DNA from: a plasmid
Sequence record: NZ_MK262712.1
Strand: one strand, 5' to 3'
Length of the DNA: 64,000 nucleotides
In this document: positions 60,955 through 64,000 of the stretch, in pieces
How the letters are laid out: the number at the start of each line of letters is the position of its first letter
Position numbering within the stretch: position 1 is the first letter of the stretch
Made by a program: the position numbers and the translations under genes
Notes under the pieces: model-generated
The model's database searches: none
The model's input: the letters and a program-made list of their open reading frames with translations, nothing else
Told to the model about the DNA's origin: nothing

Positions 60955-61773
60955 GCACTGTTGCAAAGTTAGCGATGAGGCAGCCTTTTGTCTTATTCAA
61001 AGGCCTTACATTTCAAAAACTCTGCTTACCAGGCGCATTTCGCCCAGGGGATCACCATAATAAAATGCTGAGGCCTGGCCTTTGCGTAGTGCACGCATCA
61101 CCTCAATACCTTTGATGGTGGCGTAAGCCGTCTTCATGGATTTAAATCCCAGCGTGGCGCCGATTATCCGTTTCAGTTTGCCATGATCGCATTCAATCAC
61201 GTTGTTCCGGTACTTAATCTGTCGGTGTTCAACGTCAGACGGGCACCGGCCTTCGCGTTTGAGCAGAGCAAGCGCGCGACCATAGGCGGGCGCTTTATCC
61301 GTGTTGATGAATCGCGGGATCTGCCACTTCTTCACGTTGTTGAGGATTTTACCCAGAAACCGGTATGCAGCTTTGCTGTTACGACGGGAGGAGAGATAAA
61401 AATCGACAGTGCGGCCCCGGCTGTCGACGGCCCGGTACAGATACGCCCAGCGGCCATTGACCTTCACGTAGGTTTCATCCATGTGCCACGGGCAAAGATC
61501 GGAAGGGTTACGCCAGTACCAGCGCAGCCGTTTTTCCATTTCAGGCGCATAACGCTGAACCCAGCGGTAAATCGTGGAGTGATCGACATTCACTCCGCGT
61601 TCAGCCAGCATCTCCTGCAGCTCACGGTAACTGATGCCGTATTTGCAGTACCAGCGTACGGCCCACAGAATGATGTCACGCTGAAAATGCCGGCCTTTGA
61701 ATGGGTTCATGTGCAGCTCCATCAGCAAAAGGGGATGATAAGTTTATCACCACCGACTATTTGCAACAGTGCC
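60955..61773. mobile_element. IS26 (copy 2, wild-type Tnp26 G184)
   Basis: IRs GGCACTGTTGCAAA. The transposase reads KRIIGATLGF. Confidence 0.9.
61006..61710 (-). CDS. tnp26: IS26 transposase Tnp26
   Basis: Identical to copy 1 except for G184. Confidence 0.9.
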   Translation of the reverse strand: MNPFKGRHFQRDIILWAVRWYCKYGISYRELQEMLAERGVNVDHSTIYRWVQRYAPEMEKRLRWYWRNPSDLCPWHMDETYVKVNGRWAYLYRAVDSRGRTVDFYLSSRRNSKAAYRFLGKILNNVKKWQIPRFINTDKAPAYGRALALLKREGRCPSDVEHRQIKYRNNVIECDHGKLKRIIGATLGFKSMKTAYATIKGIEVMRALRKGQASAFYYGDPLGEMRLVSRVFEM

Positions 61774-61879
61774 GAATGATGTCACGCTGAAAATGCCGGC
61801 CTTTGAATGGGTTCATGTGCAGCTCCATCAGCAAAAGGGGATGATAAGTTTATCACCACCGACTATTTGCAACAGTGCC
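61774..61879. mobile_element. 106-bp partial IS26 (tnp-proximal end incl. IR), direct duplicate of 61668-61773
   Basis: Exact repeat of gaatgatgtcacgctgaaaatgccggcctttgaatgggttcatgtgcagctccatcagcaaaaggggatgataagtttatcaccaccgactatttgcaacagtgcc. Confidence 0.8.
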
Positions 61880-63238
61880 AAATCTGGCCGCTCATGGATG
61901 GGGCTAGTAAAAAATCGCTGTAAAAATGGCGACCACTATTGGGTAAGTGCTTATGTAACGCCAATAGCTAAGAATGGTTCGATTGTTGAATACCAGTCTG
62001 TAAGGACCAAGCCTGAACCTGAGCAGGTTTTGGCTGCGGAAAAATTATATGCTCAATTGAGAAGCGGGAAGGCCGCGAGGCCGAAATTGGCTGCTAGCTT
62101 TTCCGTGAAAATACTCTTGCTCATATGGGGTAGTATTATATCAAGCGCAATGGCTGCCGGCATGCTTACTGATACATCAATAAGCAGCTTATTGTTAGCC
62201 ACTTTAATGTCAGGAAGCTTAAGCTCTGTTAGTGTTTTGGCTATTCTCTCTCCTCTTGGAAGACTGGTTGAAAGAGCCAGGAATATTTCCAATAACCCAT
62301 TAAGTCAATCCCTCTACACTGGGCGCACCGATGAGTTTGGCCAAATAGAGTTTGCTTTACGAATGATGCAAGCTGAAACAGGCGCCATAGTAGGTCGCAT
62401 AGGTGATGCATCAAATCGGCTTAGCGAACACACCCGAGGCCTACTAAAGGATATTGAGTCAAGCAATGTACTTACAGTTGAGCAGCAGGCAGAGACAGAT
62501 CAAATAGCAACGGCAGTAAACCAAATGGTGGCAAGCATTCAAGAGGTTGCGAGCAATGCACAGCATGCTGCAGATGCGGCCGGAAGAGCAGACACTGAGA
62601 CGGCATCTGGCCAGCGTCTGGTAGCCCACACAAGCCAGTCAATCACTGCCCTTGAAGGTGAAATTAGGCAAGCCACTCAGGTTATTCATGAGCTTGAAGG
62701 TCAAAGTAACGAGATATCAAAAGTTCTTGACGTTATACGAGGGATCGCCGAGCAAACGAATTTGTTGGCACTCAACGCAGCAATTGAGGCCGCGCGTGCT
62801 GGTGAGCAGGGGCGTGGTTTTGCTGTTGTCGCCGATGAGGTTCGCAGTCTTGCTGCTCGCACACAGCAATCGACAACGGATATTCAAAGCATGATCAGCG
62901 CTCTACAAGAGCGAGCGCAATCCGCTGTTACAGTCATGGAGCAAAGTAGTCGGCAAGCGCACACGAGTGTAGCTCACGCAGAGGAAGCAGCTACAGCTCT
63001 TGATGGAATTGGCCAACGCGTTAACGAAATTACCGACATGAACGCGCAAATAGCGACTGCGGTCGAGCAGCAGGGAGCAGTAAGTGAAGACATAAACCGC
63101 AGTATTATCAATATACGCGATGCTGCTGATACCAATGTACAGACCGGGCAGAATAATTTGCAAAGTGCGAAATCTGTCGCTCAGTTAACTAGCGCTCTGA
63201 GCGAACTGGCAAAACAGTTTTGGGAAAAACGAGGATAA
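61880..63238 (+). pseudogene. 5'-truncated methyl-accepting chemotaxis protein gene (end of PAS domain, TM region, HAMP, MCP signalling domain)
   Basis: Frame begins [40 protein letters not shown]. Highly conserved MCP signalling motif [33 protein letters not shown]. Confidence 0.65.
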
Positions 63239-63258
63239 CGCTTTTCAGTATCTCGACA

Positions 63259-63292
63259 GGGATAACTTACTTTACCATCGGTTATCCCTTTT
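63259..63292 (+). terminator. rho-independent terminator after the MCP gene
   Basis: GGGATAAC...GTTATCCC stem followed by TTTT. Confidence 0.5.
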
Positions 63293-63435
63293 AGCCGCAC
63301 AAATTTTAGCCATGGCTTTTCAGGAAGTCAGGGCTATCAGAATGGCCTTAGAAAGCCTAGTCAAAGAGCTGTCACGAGAACACCGTTAGCTTAGCGTACG
63401 ATTTTTTCCGAATTCTGCGGTTCCCCCATTAAACG

Positions 63436-64000
63436 CGTATTCAGGCTGACCCTGCGCGCTGCGCAGGGCTTTATTGATTCCATTTTTTCTCTGATGAACG
63501 TTCCGCTACGCTGCCCGGATTACAGCTGTGTCAGCAGGCGGGCAAAGTCGGTTAACGTCAGTTTCAAAACGTTCACCCGGGGTGAAATCGCGCATCTGGT
63601 GATTGATTCCACCGGGCTGAAGGTCTTTGGTGAAGGCGAGTGGAAAGTCAAAAAGCATGGCCAGGAACGCCGTCGTATATGGCGAAAGTTGCATCTGGCA
63701 GTTGACAGCAACACACATGAAATCATCTGTGCAGACCTGTCGCTGAACAATGTGACGGACTCAGAAGCCTTCCCGGGTCTTATCCGGCAGACTCACAGAA
63801 AAATCAGGGCAGCATCGGCAGACGGCGCTTACGACACCCGGCTCTGTCACGATGAACTGCGGCGTAAGAAAATCAGCGCGCTTATCCCTCCCCGAAAAGG
63901 TGCGGGTTACTGGCCCGGTGAATATGCAGACCGTAACCGTGCAGTGGCTAATCAGCGAATGACCGGGAGTAATGCGCGGTGGAAATGGACAACAGATTAC
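63436..64000 (+). mobile_element. partial IS903-group (IS5 family) element: transposase C-terminal two-thirds, 5'-truncated, runs off the window
   Basis: In-frame translation ...HLVIDSTGLKVFGEGEWKVKKHGQERRRIWRKLHLAVDSNTHEIICADLSLNNVTDSEAFPGLIRQTHRKIRAASADGAYDTRLCHDELRRKKISALIPPRKGAGYWPGEYADRNRAVANQRMTG. An in-frame TAG lies upstream at about 63390. Confidence 0.7.

Noticed and set aside
53112-60966. Apparent N-termini MQQCP… of the mef(B)-like and trbI-like ORFs
   Set aside because: The first codons are read out of the IS26 inverted repeat (caacagtgccc). The genes are 5'-truncated and the starts are artefacts.

Overview
This 64 kb window reads as two parts. The first part (about 1-38.6 kb) looks like an IncHI2/R478-like plasmid backbone in Enterobacteriaceae, and the second part (about 38.6-64 kb) is a composite multidrug-resistance region. 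The backbone carries a plasmid H-NS paralog next to two nuclease genes, then an AT-rich run of six uncharacterised ORFs, and then the complete tellurite-resistance locus terZABCDEF on the minus strand. Diverging from that locus is the ter-linked module: an ATP-grasp protein, two PRTase-like proteins, two HAD hydrolases and an HpcH-like aldolase. It continues with a DUF4236 gene (frameshifted), a TerW-like regulator, a TerY/TerX block, and the vWA / PP2C phosphatase / Ser-Thr kinase 'TerY-P' triad. Next come a GIY-YIG nuclease + HEPN-motif gene pair, an orphan DUF1778 (TacA-like) antitoxin gene, and a small gene bracketed by related palindromes. The backbone ends with a RepFIB-like repA that has iterons upstream and a tandem array of about 26 × 42 bp downstream. 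The resistance region starts at a 38-bp Tn21/Tn1721-family IR immediately after that array. It contains Tn1721-type tnpA/tnpR, res, a Δurf2 remnant, and a sul3-type class 1 integron (intI1, estX, psp, aadA2, cmlA1 with leader peptide, aadA1, qacH, ΔIS440, sul3 with an in-frame stop), followed by Δmef(B), an IS26 encoding the G184N (v1) transposase, aac(3)-IV, aph(4)-Ia, a truncated aac(3) and an IS6-family element, then a 5'-truncated Tn3-family tnpA ending in its own 38-bp IR, a trbI-like conjugation gene fragment, a second (wild-type) IS26 followed by a 106-bp duplicate of its end, a 5'-truncated PAS-MCP chemoreceptor gene, and a partial IS903-family transposase running off the window. No CRISPR array, rRNA or convincing tRNA was found. 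The hunt highlights a recurring near-palindromic 13-15 bp motif confined to the backbone, the GIY-YIG/HEPN-like pair as a candidate defence module, the orphan DUF1778, the palindrome-flanked gene, three apparent gene-inactivating lesions (terY copy, DUF4236 gene, sul3) and several IS26-related structures. All protein and element identifications are from my own reading of the translations and memory of family signatures. No database searches were run.
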